Made by a program: the position numbers and the translations under genes. From assembly GCA_050084985.1 (NCBI GenBank), contig JBITNC010000001.1, positions 188,418,001-188,482,000 on the forward strand: a DNA stretch of 64,000 nt, in the 5' to 3' direction. Shown one piece after another: positions 51,292 to 64,000 of this stretch. A model generated the notes under the pieces. That model made no database searches, was not told the origin of the DNA, and was given only the letters and a program-made list of their open reading frames with translations. The stretch is from Nageia nagi (Eukaryota; Plantae; Pinophyta). Within the stretch, counting starts at the first letter, position 1. The number at the start of each line of letters is the position of its first letter.

Positions 51292-54200
51292 ATGGTTGAA
51301 ACCTTCATACCCAAGCATATACTCGATGGTTCCAACTTCGACATATGGGAACCTCGTATGAAAGATGAGTTACAAGCAAGGAAGCTATGGCAGATAGTTA
51401 ATGAAGACTTGGTCTCTCCTACAGATGAGAAGGCTCTTGAAATATACAACTCAAAGAATGAGTTAGCAACTTCAATGATTTATTATGCAGTTTCAGATGA
51501 TGTACTTCTCATGATCTCTTCTTCAACATCAATAAAGGAAGCTTGGGATAGGCTGAAGAAAATTTACCTTGGGTCAAAATTTTCAAGGAGGTTCACCATT
51601 TTACAAAAGTTGTTGCAATATCATCAAGGTGAAGATGAAAGTGCTTCTATTTACTTGAACAAAATCATTGACCTCAGGACACAACTAGTTGGCTGTGGGT
51701 GCAACTGGATCAATGATGAGTTCATGGTCTTCATCATTCTTCAAAGCCTTTCTACAAAGTTTAGTAACTTTTTCACGGTTATGGAAACTAGGCTCGATGA
51801 TGAAGAAGATGTCATCTCTCTTGATAACCTTTCTAGACTCCTTCTGAAGCATGAGGAAACTTTGAATAAGAAAATGTTGAACCTTTCTCCAAAGGATAAT
51901 AACATTGCTCTAGGAGCAACCAAAACTCGTTTCAAGAAGAAGTTAAAAAATTATAAATTCAAAGATAACAAATCCTCATCTACCTTCAGGAAGTATGAGA
52001 AAAAGGGCAACAATAATGGCAACTTCATGCAAAGGAATGATAAAGCTGGATCAAGCAATCCAACACCTCAGGAAAAGTTTGATGGAAATTGTAACTTTTG
52101 TGGCATCTTTGGACACAAAGAGTATGATTGTCGTAAAAAGAAATTTGCTCAAAAAGGTAAGGGAAATGTAAATGTGAAAAATTTCAATAATAAAAGGAAG
52201 AACAAGCATGTTGCTACTACTGCCTACTACTCAATGACTCAAACTATTTCAAATGATTAGATTGTTGATTCAAGATGCACTAATCACATGTGTTATGAAA
52301 AGGATAAGTTTGAAAACTTTCATAAGTATAAGAAGGATGCAGTTGTGATAGGTGATAATATAGTCCTTGATGTTCAAGGAATAGGGAGTGTGAAGATTCA
52401 TGGAAAGGTTCTTAATTATGTCTTTTATGTGCCTAACTAAGGATAAATCTTATCTCCGTAATTTAGATTACAAGGAAAGGATACTCATTTGAGTTTACCT
52501 CACACTCCTGGTGTGTTAAGAAAGGACTTGCCACCTTGATGAAAGGATCAGTAAAGGATGACCTTTATATTGTGGATCAAGTTCCTTCAAAGATGTGTCT
52601 TGCTGCAAATGTTTGTTCAAAAGGTAATCTTTGGCATCAACGATTAGGGCACCTTAACCACAAGAGTATTCAAGATATGACAAATCAAGAACTTGTGGAA
52701 GGTTTACCTAATATTTCACCCACAATTGGTCTCTGTGAAAGGTGCATTCTAGAAAAGTTGAATAGGCAAAAGTTTGAAAAAGATAAGGAAACTTGGGCTA
52801 CTCATCCTCTTCAACTTGTGCATTTAGATTTTATGGGTCCATTTCAGACTAAGTCTCTAAGGGGAGCTTCTTATGTTTTGACCTTCATTGATGACTTCAA
52901 TAGGATGACATTTGGTTATCTACTTGAGCACAAGGATCAAACTTTTGACAGGTTTAAAGACTTCAAGGCTCTTGTTGAAAATCAAACTGATTTTAAGATC
53001 AAGATGCTGAGATCTGATAATGGGGGTGAGTATAATAGTAATGAGTTTAACGATTATTGTGTTAAACATGGGATCAAGTGGCAATTCACAATCCCCTACA
53101 CCCCTCAACAAAATGGAGTTGCTGAAAGGAAGAATCGAACCATTATGGAAATGGCAAGGTGCATGTTGGGTAACCTTCCTAGTTTCTTATGGGGTGAAGC
53201 TGTTCACACTGCTATTCACACCCTAAATAGGTGTCCTACTAAAGTAGTTGAAGATAAAACTCCATATGAAGCATGGACAGGAAAGAAACCTAACATCTCA
53301 CACTTTAGGGTCTTCAGTTGTGATGCATTTGCCTTCATTACCTTAGAGAAAAGAAAGAAGTTGGATAAAAGATCAGAAAAATGCATCTTTGTGGGGTATG
53401 ATAATCAACATAGAGGTTACAGGCTCTACTCCTCATCCCATAAAATAGTCTTTATTTCTAGGGATGTCAAGTTCAATGAACTTCCTGAGGATACGACTTC
53501 TCATGCTGAGGTGTCTGATTCAGATAATTCTTTGCCTGCACCTAACTGGTTGGATGATCATGTAGGGAAGTCACCATAAGAGCAAAATTCTCTAGCTCAG
53601 AGAATTACAAGGAGTATAACCTTAAATAAATCTTTATTTGCCAAAATTGATAATACGAATGAGCCATCAACTTTCAAAGAAGCTTCCAAGCAAGAGTGTT
53701 GGATGGAAGCTTTGAAAGTTGAGTATGAAGTGCTCATGAAAAATGAAACTTGGGATTTGGTTCCTTATCCCAATAAGAAAAATGTGATTGGAAATAAATG
53801 GATATACAAGGTCAAGTACAATTCTGATGGAGAAATTGAAAAATACAAAGCAAGGTTAGTGGCCAAAGGATTCGCTCAGAAATATGGTATTGATTATGAG
53901 GAAACCTTTGCTCCTATGGCCAAGATGCCTACTGTCAGGATAATCCTTGCTCTTTCTACAGCTCAAGGATGGAAAGTTTTCCAACTTGATGTCAAGAGTG
54001 CATTTCTCAATGGTGACTTGGATGTAGAAATCTACATGAATCAACCAGAAGGATTTATTCTAGAAGGAAAAGAGTCTCTTGTGTACAAGCTAAAGAAGTC
54101 ATTGTATGGACTTAAGCAAGCACCTAGAGCATGGTACAAGAAAATTTTAGGATCCTTTGCAGATATTGGTTTTTCCAAATGCTTCTCTAACTCAGATCTC

Positions 54201-55207
54201 TATGTACTCAATCAAGGAAAAGATGTGGTATTAATTCTCCTTTATGTGGATGATCTTCTCATAACTGGCAATAATATTGAAATCATCTAAGAGTGCATAT
54301 CCAAACTGAAGGAAACATTTGAAATGACTAATCTAGGTCTATTGCATTACTATCTTGGGATGCAAGTATACCAACATAAAGATTGTACTTATCTTAGTCA
54401 ATCTAAGTATATATCAGACATCTTACAAAAGTTTGGAATGGAGGAGTGTAGATATGTTGCAATACCTATTTCTTCTGGAATCGTTGTATCTCTGAGCTTA
54501 GATTCTCAGTTGGCTGATGCTATAGCTTATAGGCAATTGATCGGTAGTCTTCTGTATTTGACTATCTCTCGACCTGATATTGCCTTTGCAGTGAATCTGA
54601 TGGCATAATTCATGCAAAAACCATATGTTGAACACCTCAATGCTGTTAAGCAAATCTTGAGGTATGTGGCAGGGACAAAGGATCTTGATCTTAAGTATTC
54701 CAAAGTGCCCTCGATTGTTCTCTCTGGGTTCTTAGATTCTGATTATGGGGAGATAGAGATGATAGAAAATCAACCTCTGCATATGTATTCAGCATTGGTT
54801 TAGGTGCTATCTCTTGGGCTTCCAAGAAGCAACCTACTGTGACTCTTTCTACCATCAAAGCTAAATATCAAGCCATGTCTATTGCCACCCAAGAAGCTAT
54901 TTGGCTAAGGCATCTTTTGAATGAAATTAGGTATGAGCAAAATAGCCCATCTATTATTTCTTCAGATAATCAATCGGTTATCTCTTTGGCTAAAAATCCT
55001 GTGTTCCATCAGAGAACCAAACATGTGGAAATCCAAGCCCATTTTATCAGGGAGAAGGTTCTAGATGACATCATACACTTGGAGTATTGTCCATCTACTG
55101 AAAACTCTACTGATTTATTCACCAAACCCCTTCCTAAAGCTCAGTTCAGCAAGCTTAGGGATTCTCTCGGGTTGGTGAAGTTGCCCTCAAGGGGGAGTGA
55201 AGTTTGA
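51292..55207 (+). pseudogene. Copia gag-pol polyprotein (gag, zinc knuckle, protease, integrase, RT, RNase H) with several stops and frameshifts
   Basis: LDGSNFDIW; CNFCGIFGHKEYDC; *IVDSRCTNHM; LRSDNGGEY; PQQNGVAERKNR; YVDDLL; [11 protein letters not shown]. Confidence 0.92.
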
Positions 55208-55282
55208 ACTTTTGTTAGTGATGACAACTTCACCTCTAAGAGGCTCTTTTATTATTGTTATATAGTGTATGTTGATTATGAT

Positions 55283-55740
55283 ATACCTCTATGGTAAGTT
55301 TGCTCTGCATGACAAACTTGTTGTACATTTTATACCTCCATGGTAAGTTTGCTCTGCATGACAAACTTGTTGTACATTTTATACCTCCATGGTAAGTTTG
55401 CTCTGCATGACAAACTTGTTGTACATTTTATAGCTCCATGGTAAGTTTGCTCTGCATGACAAACTTGTTGTACATTTTATACCTCCATGGTAAGTTTGCT
55501 CTGCGTGATAAACTTGTTGTACATTTTATACCTCCATGGTAAGTTTGCTCTATGTGACAAACTTGTTGTACATTTTATACCTCCATGGTAAGTTTGCTCT
55601 GCGTGATAAACTTGTTGTACAATTTTTTGAGCATATAATTAATATACCTCCGTGGTAAGTTCACTCTGCATGAGGAACTTATTGTACATTTTATACCTCC
55701 GTGGTAAGTTTACTCTATATGAGAAACTTGTTGTACAATT
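55283..55740 (+). repeat. 49-bp tandem repeat (about 9 units) in the Copia 3' UTR
   Basis: ATACCTCCATGGTAAGTTTGCTCTGCATGACAAACTTGTTGTACATTTT; units start at 55283, 55332, 55381 and so on. Confidence 0.95.
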
Positions 55741-58700
55741 TTTATGCTCTATTAATAATCAACACATGTCTATATACAATAGGTGACTATGAGTGATGGC
55801 TTGGCATCTCCATGATGACTTATAGTGCACCATTGATCAGTTATTTATAAGATGGCATTATTTGATTCTCTTATTTGAATATATGATGCATCTAACTGAT
55901 TTTGTTCATGAGTTGCTTGTAGCATGCAGGATCTTCTTCAGAAATGCAGGTTACTCACCTTGTGTAAGCAAGCTCATGGAGACTCACATGTCAGCTTAAA
56001 GTTGATCAACTACTATGTACAGTGAAACCAGTTGTGGTTAATGATTGTATTGTAAACCATTTTTTCAAATGGTAATGTAGTGAGTCTCAAACTAGTTCTC
56101 AAAAAGATTCTCAAATATGTAAATGTTCTCATCTCCGCTTGTATCTCTATGGAGGAGAACTCTCTCTTACTCTCTCTCTTCTCTCTTCTACGCTCTATCC
56201 CAATATTGCATTAAGAGGGAGTGTTAGAATTTGTAATGAAATATTTTGAATATCTAAACTCCTTGTAAATTCAATTAATCACTTAAAGGATATGTAGATA
56301 CCTTAAGGGATTAATTGAATTCTTTATTATGTAGACTTTGACCTTACCATGGGGTTAGTTGGTAGGTTAAAGTTAGGTGATACATTTATTGTAACCCTAA
56401 CCTTACCCTTGGGTTAAAGGGAGGTTAGGGAGTTGCTCTCATGCTATAAATGGAGGGCCTCTCCTCTTGTAAAATAACTAAGATTTGGAGTAAGATTACT
56501 CTACTAGTTTGTGTAGGAGAGAAAGAGAATTGTAGTAAGAGGTGCATAGATTGAGAATTGAGAACTAGTTGTGGATGTACTCCCAAGGAGGGAGGAACCA
56601 CATTATATTTGTGTTATCTTGTGTGAATGGTGTTATTAGCTTGTAGATGATGAATGATTGAGTTTCCTAATCTTGGACCTTGAGGATTAGTCTAGATCTA
56701 ATTCTTTCAGTATATGCATTTTGGCACTATTTGGTTATACATTTGTGAGAAATTTGTATTTTTTTAATGTTAATCAATGCATGTCTTATACATCTAGTGA
56801 CTATGAGTATTGGATTGGCATCTTCATGATGTCTTATAATGCACCAATGATTAGTTATGGATGGCATTACTTGGGTCATTTATATTATGTTGATATGAAT
56901 ATTTTATGATGCATCTAACTGATCTTATTTGTTATGAGTTGCTTGTAGCTTACAAATTTCTTCTTGAGATTGCAAGTTACTTACTTCAGGTGAGCAGGCT
57001 CATGGAGGTTCATCATGTCAACTTGTTGAATGACTACTTTATACAATGAAACTGATTGCAACAAATGATTGTATTATAAACCATTTTTCAAATGGTAAAG
57101 TAGTGATCCTTAATCTAAGATCTTGTTTATTTCTCAAATATGTAAATGTTCTCATATATGATTATATATGTATGAAGGAGAACTCTTTTTTACTCTCTCT
57201 TTCTTCTCTCCTCTTCTCTCCACCCCAATATTGCATTAAGGGGGAGTGTTGGAATGTATAATGCATCATTGTAAGATTCTTCATATAAATTCACTAATAC
57301 TTAAGGGTATCCCTAGATACCTTAAGTATTTAAGTGAATATAATAATTTAATTTGTTCTGCACTCCATGTCATGAACATGCTTCTTGGGTAAAAGGGTGA
57401 AGCATGTTATGACATTGTATATTGGTTTAAAAGGTGATCCAAGGGAGGATTTTATCCTATAAATAGATGGCCTAATCCTTATATATTACTTACTCAAGTT
57501 TGTAGCGAAGTTATGCTCCAAGATTATTAAGAGAATTGAGAAATAGGTCCTGTAAGAGAGTGTTACTTGAGAATAAGTAGATATTAGATTAGTGGATGTA
57601 CTCTCTTCTAGGAGATGAACCACTTTACATATGGTATCAACTTTGTGAGATTGACTATTGAATTTATACTATGATTTATTGATGATTTAGAGATTAGAAA
57701 TTTATTCTTTTAAGGTTTTCCTATATCAAGAGAAACTATCTTTTGATGGGAAAAAGGAGTTTATGAAGGACTATAAAGAAGGATGGCCCTAAGAGGAAGA
57801 GAAGAGAGGGTAGGAACTAAGTGTAATATATATTATGTACCCTATTTTATAGTTTATATTCTAATACATATAATATAGTATGATTTTATCAAGCTAGCAA
57901 CGGAATCATGGAGAACATATTTAAAATGAGGGGAGGGATCATCATTCAAATGACATTAGGTACTAAAGGGGAGCATTAAGATGATGAAATTAAATAGAGA
58001 TCCTCTACAACTTTTTGGATCTGTATAAAATGATTTATTGGGATAAAATATTGTAGTGCTAGTAATATGGATCATGGAGATTAGATTTGGAATGAGGACG
58101 ATACTCATCTTTAAAACATCATTCATTGCTAGAGAGCACAAAGATGTCATGTTTAAACAGAGCATCTCTTTAGCATTTTCAATTTGTAGCAAAGTGAATT
58201 ATCAAACTAGATGGTTGTGGTTATACTAAGACTCTACAATAATTTTTTAACAAAATGCTTTTTTTTTATAAATTTTTAGATCTGTAGTGTTGAAAATGAT
58301 TTATCAAAAATGGAAGGTAGAGTTTCAAGCTTAATCGAGGAGGATCCTACTCCATTTTAGATCTAGATTCAAGTGGACCAAATTTGGTTTTGGTGAACTA
58401 CATCTTTTTACAATTAAGATAATGTAAGGGAATCATCAACAATAAAGGGAATGAGGGGTGTAAGCTTAATGGAGGGAGCTCCCACTTCATTATGTAAGAC
58501 ATGAAATAGTGTGGTAAATTGAACTATATGGTTGTAGCCTTGAACCATAAGAAGAAGTTTAAATGATGATTAATGCAGTTGATAAATTAGATTTAAAATT
58601 TGCAATATGATTTATTTCTAGTATGCTTTGTTCACATTATGATTCTTCATAGTATAATTTATTCATAATATGATTTATTCATAGTGTTCTTCATTTTGAT

Positions 58701-58889
58701 AACAACTTGAGTCATTTTTTACCCTTCATTCATAGTTATGTAACCATTACATATTTTTTTGAAAATTTTTTATGCATAATGTAAATATGGATACATCTAT
58801 TATTACTTAGTTTTTGGCTATAAAAGGTTTTTGGAGATCCTTTCAAAAATCCTCATTTTTTTATTAATACATTTATCTATTTAATAAAA

Positions 58890-59900
58890 AATGGAGAACT
58901 CCTATCAGCCAATTGAGTAATGAATATCCTAATTGCTTATTTTTCCTTGAAGACTTATTAGCTCTTTCAATAGATTTTTCTTTCTTTAGTGGAAGCATAT
59001 TTGGAACAACTTTTTCTTTCTTTGGATCAACTTTAATTCATCCTCTATTAATAATAGAGCTAAGTAATTTTTTAAAAGAGATAACAAAAGCACATTTTTG
59101 AGGCTTCAATCTCAATTTATACTTTCTCAACCTTTCAAAAATGAACCTCAATTTTGAAATATGGTCCTTCCTTTTATTTGACTTTGCTAATATATCAACC
59201 ATATAAACCTCAAGAGAATTATGTATCAAATCTCAAAATATGGCCACCACAATTGTCTAATATGTAGCCCCCATATTCTTGAGACCAAATGGCATTGCTT
59301 CATAAGAAAATGTACCCCATGTGGTGATGAAAGTTATTTTATGTTGATCATTTGGATTAATAATTATCTGATTATAACTTAAAAATCCATCCATGAATGA
59401 TACTATTTCATGTCCTAATATAGAATCAATTACCATATGAATATAATTTATCTTTTGGACAAGCTTTATTAATATTTCTAACATCTAAACACCATATCAC
59501 TTCACCACTAGGATTAGAAACAAGAACAATATTTGATATCAATAGGGAATAATCAAATGATCTAATAAATTCAACATCTAATTTTTTTTGGATTTATTTC
59601 TTAACCAACAAGGCAATCATAGGATGCATTCTCTTAACTTCTATTGAATTGGCTTTGCATAATCATGAACAACTAAGATATGTGTGATATTATTAAGATC
59701 TAAATTAGGCATATCATTATAATACCATGCAAATATATCTAAAACTTCATAAATAAGGCTTTTATACTTATCTCTTTCTTGTTAAATCAACCATGCACTA
59801 AATTTGATCAACTTATATTTATCACTTGAACCAATAACAATTTTAATTATTTCCTCATTCAAGAAAGAAATATTATCATTTAACAGAGGTGGGATAGGTA
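58890..59900 (-). pseudogene. Tat-like Gypsy reverse transcriptase remnant (upstream part of the element continuing at 42205)
   Basis: SFMDGFLSYNQI..FITTWGTFSYEAMPFGLKN; EVYMVDILAKS; YKLRLKPQKCAF; reading joins QLADRSSPF to SHLLK across a ~16.7-kb insertion. Confidence 0.8.
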
Positions 59901-62900
59901 ACACTTCCAATATTACATTGTTAAGAATATTACATCATAAATATAATGTGTGAGTTTGTTTGTTTATGAGTATCTTATGTTCAATTAGTTAGGAGGAAGA
60001 AGACACCATAGTTAGTTGTCCTTAACAATTTGGTAGCATGCATAAATACTTGACATTTCATAATAAAATATACAGCAAAATTAAAATATCTAATATGGTA
60101 TTAGAGTGAGCTAAAGGTGGATATGTGGCTGGTTTTTGAGTTTATCCTTCCACCCAATTATATAGAATCAATTGCAGAGTTGCATATACTTTTATTTTAG
60201 TTTTTTGCTTTTTTTTTTGTAAGGCATGCCTCACATGAGTGGTGTGAGGTATAGAATTATGGAAGCTTTAGTTTATAATACATGAAGTCTCAATGCTACT
60301 CTAATATATTTTCTTCTACCTTCCATCTCTTACATTGGAATGCATAATGCATTGTTGTAAGGTCTCTTCATGAAATTTAGTTAATTATTAATGGTATCCC
60401 TAAATACCTTAAATATTTAGTGAATATGATAATGTAACTTGTCCTACACTCCATCTCATGGGCATGCCCCTTGGGTAAAATGGTGATGCATGTCATGAAA
60501 TTGTATAATGGTTAAAAGGATGATCCAAGTGAGGATTTTGTCCTATAAATAGAGGGCCCTCTCTTTGAGACTACTCACTCAAGTTTTTTAGAAAGTTATA
60601 CTCTTATCTAGGTTATAGGAGAAATAAGAAAGTGAGTTATTGTAAGAGAATGCTCTTTGATAATAAGGAGATATTAGATTAGTGGATTTACTCCCATGGT
60701 TGGAGGAATCACTTTATATTGGTTTCATCTTGTGTGAATGCTATATTGTGTTTATGTTATTGTGATGATATTTTTAGAGACCTTTGAAGTGATTTTGGTA
60801 TAATAGAAATTTTTTCATTTAGGCTTATTCCCTTCAATTGGTATCAAAGCTTGGTTTGAAGACTCCCCTTCATCATCTTGGAGGTCATTCCTACTCCTTC
60901 CTCCATTTTTGAGATTCATACTCATTCTTGTGAGGTAAAATCAAGTGAAGGTATAACCTCTTCTCTCTCTTATATTACTTCATAATACTAACATTCTAAT
61001 TTAATAATGTTAGTTTTAATCCTTTTTTTAGAGGGAATTTGCTAAATATGTTAAATTTATATTTTTTTATATAATTTTATTTATTTACAAAGATAAATAC
61101 AATATTTTTACCAATATGGGCAATTAAATATTGTACTTAGTAACAAGAATACATTTATTTTTATAGAAAAAAGGGGGGAGGTATTTTTTCAATACATGTG
61201 TATTATAAAAATAATAATAAGGATCAACATTAAGGTATGCATATCCATCAAAGAGTAGTTGAAAATGATTTTTCTTAATGTTGTAATTATCAAGTTATGG
61301 GAATTTTTTATTCAAGGGGGGGTAGAATTTTTTTTAATAAAATTAATATATATAAATCTAGGCAACACAACCTACGTGGGCCGTACCCTGCTAGCCTTCT
61401 TGGACTTCCTTACACCATTTTTGGTTGTGTCATGGCTCACCTACCTCCAATCTACAAATCTCCTAGTTTGGTAAATGCTTTAAGGCCATTAGGAAAGGTG
61501 AATTGATATGATTGCACATGTTAGAATATAGCTAGTAAAAGTTACACTATTTGATGGTCCATGTAACTCCTTTAATGCTCATCCTACCATCATTATGATC
61601 CATGAAACTATGTTTGCATATTTTTTTTTTCCTGCTTCTTTTTTCTATATTTGTATCTTTTTTATGTGCCTACTTCCATAATTTGAATATATATATTTTT
61701 AAGCACTCATGGTGGCTCATGCTAGAAGAATACTGACTAGGGTATAGAGTTTAGCTATTGAAATGGTGGAATCTATTTTCTCCCTCACATTATGTCCCTC
61801 CTCAGTGCTACCCTAGTTTTGCATGGCCCTCCCTATGCCCTAGTGCTCTACCCTATCTTATGCTCTGCTAGGTTTGTAGAGTTGATCTTCTCTCCCTCCC
61901 TATAGTTCTTTTGAGATGAATGGTTGAAGGTTATCCACTTCTCCTACGGCACATGGCCATGATAGGGCACCCAACCTCTCAGCAAAACCTTGGTACCCAT
62001 GGATCCATGTTCACCCTTTAACATATCTTCCTCCTGCAAATTTGCATCGATCCTTTGTTTATCCCTTCCATGTAAATTCTGCAATACAAATTTATCCATA
62101 TTTATGTTAACTACAAAAGTTGGTATGTCTGTAAGGGGGCATGGGAATGATATTCTCCTCATTAAGGGGTATGGGTAGTATTATCTGGTAGTTAAAGGCA
62201 GTAAATTCTTAGCATGCATGACTCTCTCTTTTTTTCCCTAGGATGGATCTCTAGCAATTTTTTTATTTGATTTTTTAAAAAGTTTTTACTAACAAACTTT
62301 TTTGTTTTGTTTTTAATAACAATGAAATATTTAAAAATAAATAAAGAAAGAAAGAAGAGGAAGTATTTTTTTTAGGGGAGGAGTTAATAAGAAGGGATTT
62401 ACATATTTTTTTCAAAAGGGGATTTTATACCTTTTTAAAAATCTAAAAAAATATATTGGAGTAATTTTTAAATAAAAAAGAGAGGAGGATTAATGCTTAA
62501 AGGGAAGTTTTTTTAAAGGGGAAATATATGTTTTTGAAGGATTTTTTCCCTTGGAAATTAATTCTCTTTCCTTAAGCTTACAGGGAAATTAAAAAGGTTT
62601 AATAAAACAATGTTTCATGCTTTTAAAAAGGGAACTTTTTTTGCTAAAGTTCAAATTTGTAAGTAAAAAAGGGACTCATTGTTACATTGTTATTTAAAAA
62701 AAATGAACTCATGCAAATAGGTATTCTTGGGGTTGTATCAAAACACATTGGACTCTTAGTTTTCAAATTCATATGATGATCATTTTTTTAAGCAATTTAG
62801 TTTATACACCTGTGCTTTATATTTTTTGCAAAATTGCAAACATTGAAAGTGCGCCCTCTAAAATGAACACATCTACACATTTTATTGCACAACATGACTT

Positions 62901-63135
62901 ATTTGAGGAGCCATGAAGGGAGGATAAGGTAGATTGGAGCCTTGAGTCTGTCAATATAAATGGTGTAAAGTTTGTACTTCTTAATTGCCTCTAATTCCTT
63001 TGTTGGTTTGGATATAACTCCATATAGGTGGACATGCATGTGTGTAGTAATACCACATGTCCATTCAAGGATTATCCTCATAACTTACGAGGAAAAATTA
63101 AGACCTAATCAAGATAAAATTTGGCTAATCCAACA

Positions 63136-64000
63136 TGTTAGAATTTGTAATGAAATATTGTGAATATCTAAACTCCTTGTAAATTCAATTAATCACTTAA
63201 GGGTATGTAGATACCTTAAGAGATTAATTGAATTCTTTAATATGTAGACTTTGACTTTACCAAAGTGGTTAGTTGGTAGGTTGAAGTTGGGTGATACATT
63301 TAATGTAACCCTAACCTTACCCTTAGGTTAAAGGAAGGTTAGGGAGGTGCTCTCAAGCTATAAATAGAGGGCCTCTCCTCTTGTAAACATATCTAAGTCT
63401 TGGAGTAAGATTACTCTACTTAGTTGTGTAGGAGAGAGCTAGAGAATAGTTGTAAGAGAGACATAGATTGAGAATAAGAGAACTAGTTGTGGATGTAATC
63501 CCAAGGAGGGAGGAACCACATTATATTGGTGTCATATTGTGTGAATGATGTTCTTAGAATTATAGTTGTGTTATCTTGTGTACACTTGAGTTTCTTAGTC
63601 TAAGGTCCTAGAGGATTTGTTTAGATCTAGTTCAAATCCTTCAATTGGTATCAGAGCCTTGTTGTGGAAGCTTCTTCTTCTAGGTATAGACATTCTCCTT
63701 GTTGTGGAATCACTTCTTCTTGGTGTAGAAGCTCTCCTTGTTGTGGAAGCTCTTCTTTTGGTGTGAAAGCTACATCTTGGAGGTTCTTCATCCTTCTTCA
63801 TTCCTCATCTTACACCCTTTGGTGAGGTAAATTTTTAAGAAAAGGTATAAAGTTCCTCCTTATTTGATCATTTTTTTTGGATTATTACATAATGCTACTA
63901 ACACATTATTTGCTATGTGTTAGTCCTTTTTAAGTTATGATTAACAAGTTGCAATTTTTTACTAATCCTCTATGTTACTTGCAATTTTAAATTGCTATAG
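63136..64000 (+). mobile_element. Second Copia family C element nested in the family B leader
   Basis: LTR 63136-63643 homologous to 47757-48244; PBS TGGTATCAGAGC at 63646-63657. Confidence 0.9.
63659..63775 (+). repeat. ~20-bp tandem repeats just downstream of the PBS
   Basis: TTGTTGTGGAAGCTCTTC-like unit repeated about 6 times; single copy in the 47757 element. Confidence 0.7.

Larger units (their letters stand above)
47757..56709 (+). mobile_element. Full-length Ty1/Copia element (family C), relatively young
   Basis: 488-bp LTRs 47757-48244 and 56222-56709 with about 8 mismatches; perfect TSD GTATA; PBS TGGTATCTAGAGC at 48247; PPT AAGAGGGAG. Confidence 0.95.
42627..57728 (+). mobile_element. 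Copia family B element, internally deleted, carrying a nested family C element
   Basis: Diverged LTRs 42627-43130 and 57247-57728; PBS at 43133; PPT AAGGGGGAG; only decayed RT-RNase H at about 46300-47560, no gag or integrase; TSD not convincing. Confidence 0.8.
60333..64000 (+). mobile_element. Second Copia family B element (5' LTR, PBS, leader), running past the window end
   Basis: LTR 60333-60836; PBS TGGTATCAAAGC at 60839; leader block homologous to 44975-45400. Confidence 0.85.

Noticed and set aside
55283-55740. CRISPR-like array of hairpin repeats
   Set aside because: Units are head-to-tail with no unique spacers, there are no cas genes, and the context is a eukaryotic retrotransposon 3' UTR
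59919-60105. Additional short LTR with PBS (TGGTATTAGAG near 60093)
   Set aside because: No partner LTR, TSD or coding sequence in the window to confirm it

Overview
AT-rich plant nuclear DNA with gymnosperm-style architecture (inferred from the giant intron and old nested LTR elements). It holds one intact host gene: a minus-strand, two-exon chloroplast DUF177/YceD gene (YCED1/DUF177A-like, 312 aa; exons 29576-30108 and 10045-10450). Its 19.1-kb intron contains a hAT MITE, nested Copia elements, a full-length but mutated hAT element and a tRNA-derived SINE. The rest is transposon-derived: a decayed hAT interrupted by a non-autonomous chromovirus-like Gypsy, a fragmented Tat-like Gypsy, a non-coding LTR element, and four copies plus a solo LTR of two sister Copia families, here called B and C. 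The most unusual signal is the ~3-kb leader of this Copia group. It has a conserved splice-donor motif after the PBS and an acceptor just before the gag ATG. It also carries a conserved, apparently structured block with a GNRA hairpin and a ~0.9-kb hypervariable cassette that in one copy contains an antisense elongator tRNA-Met fragment. All alignments were done by eye; no database searches were run.
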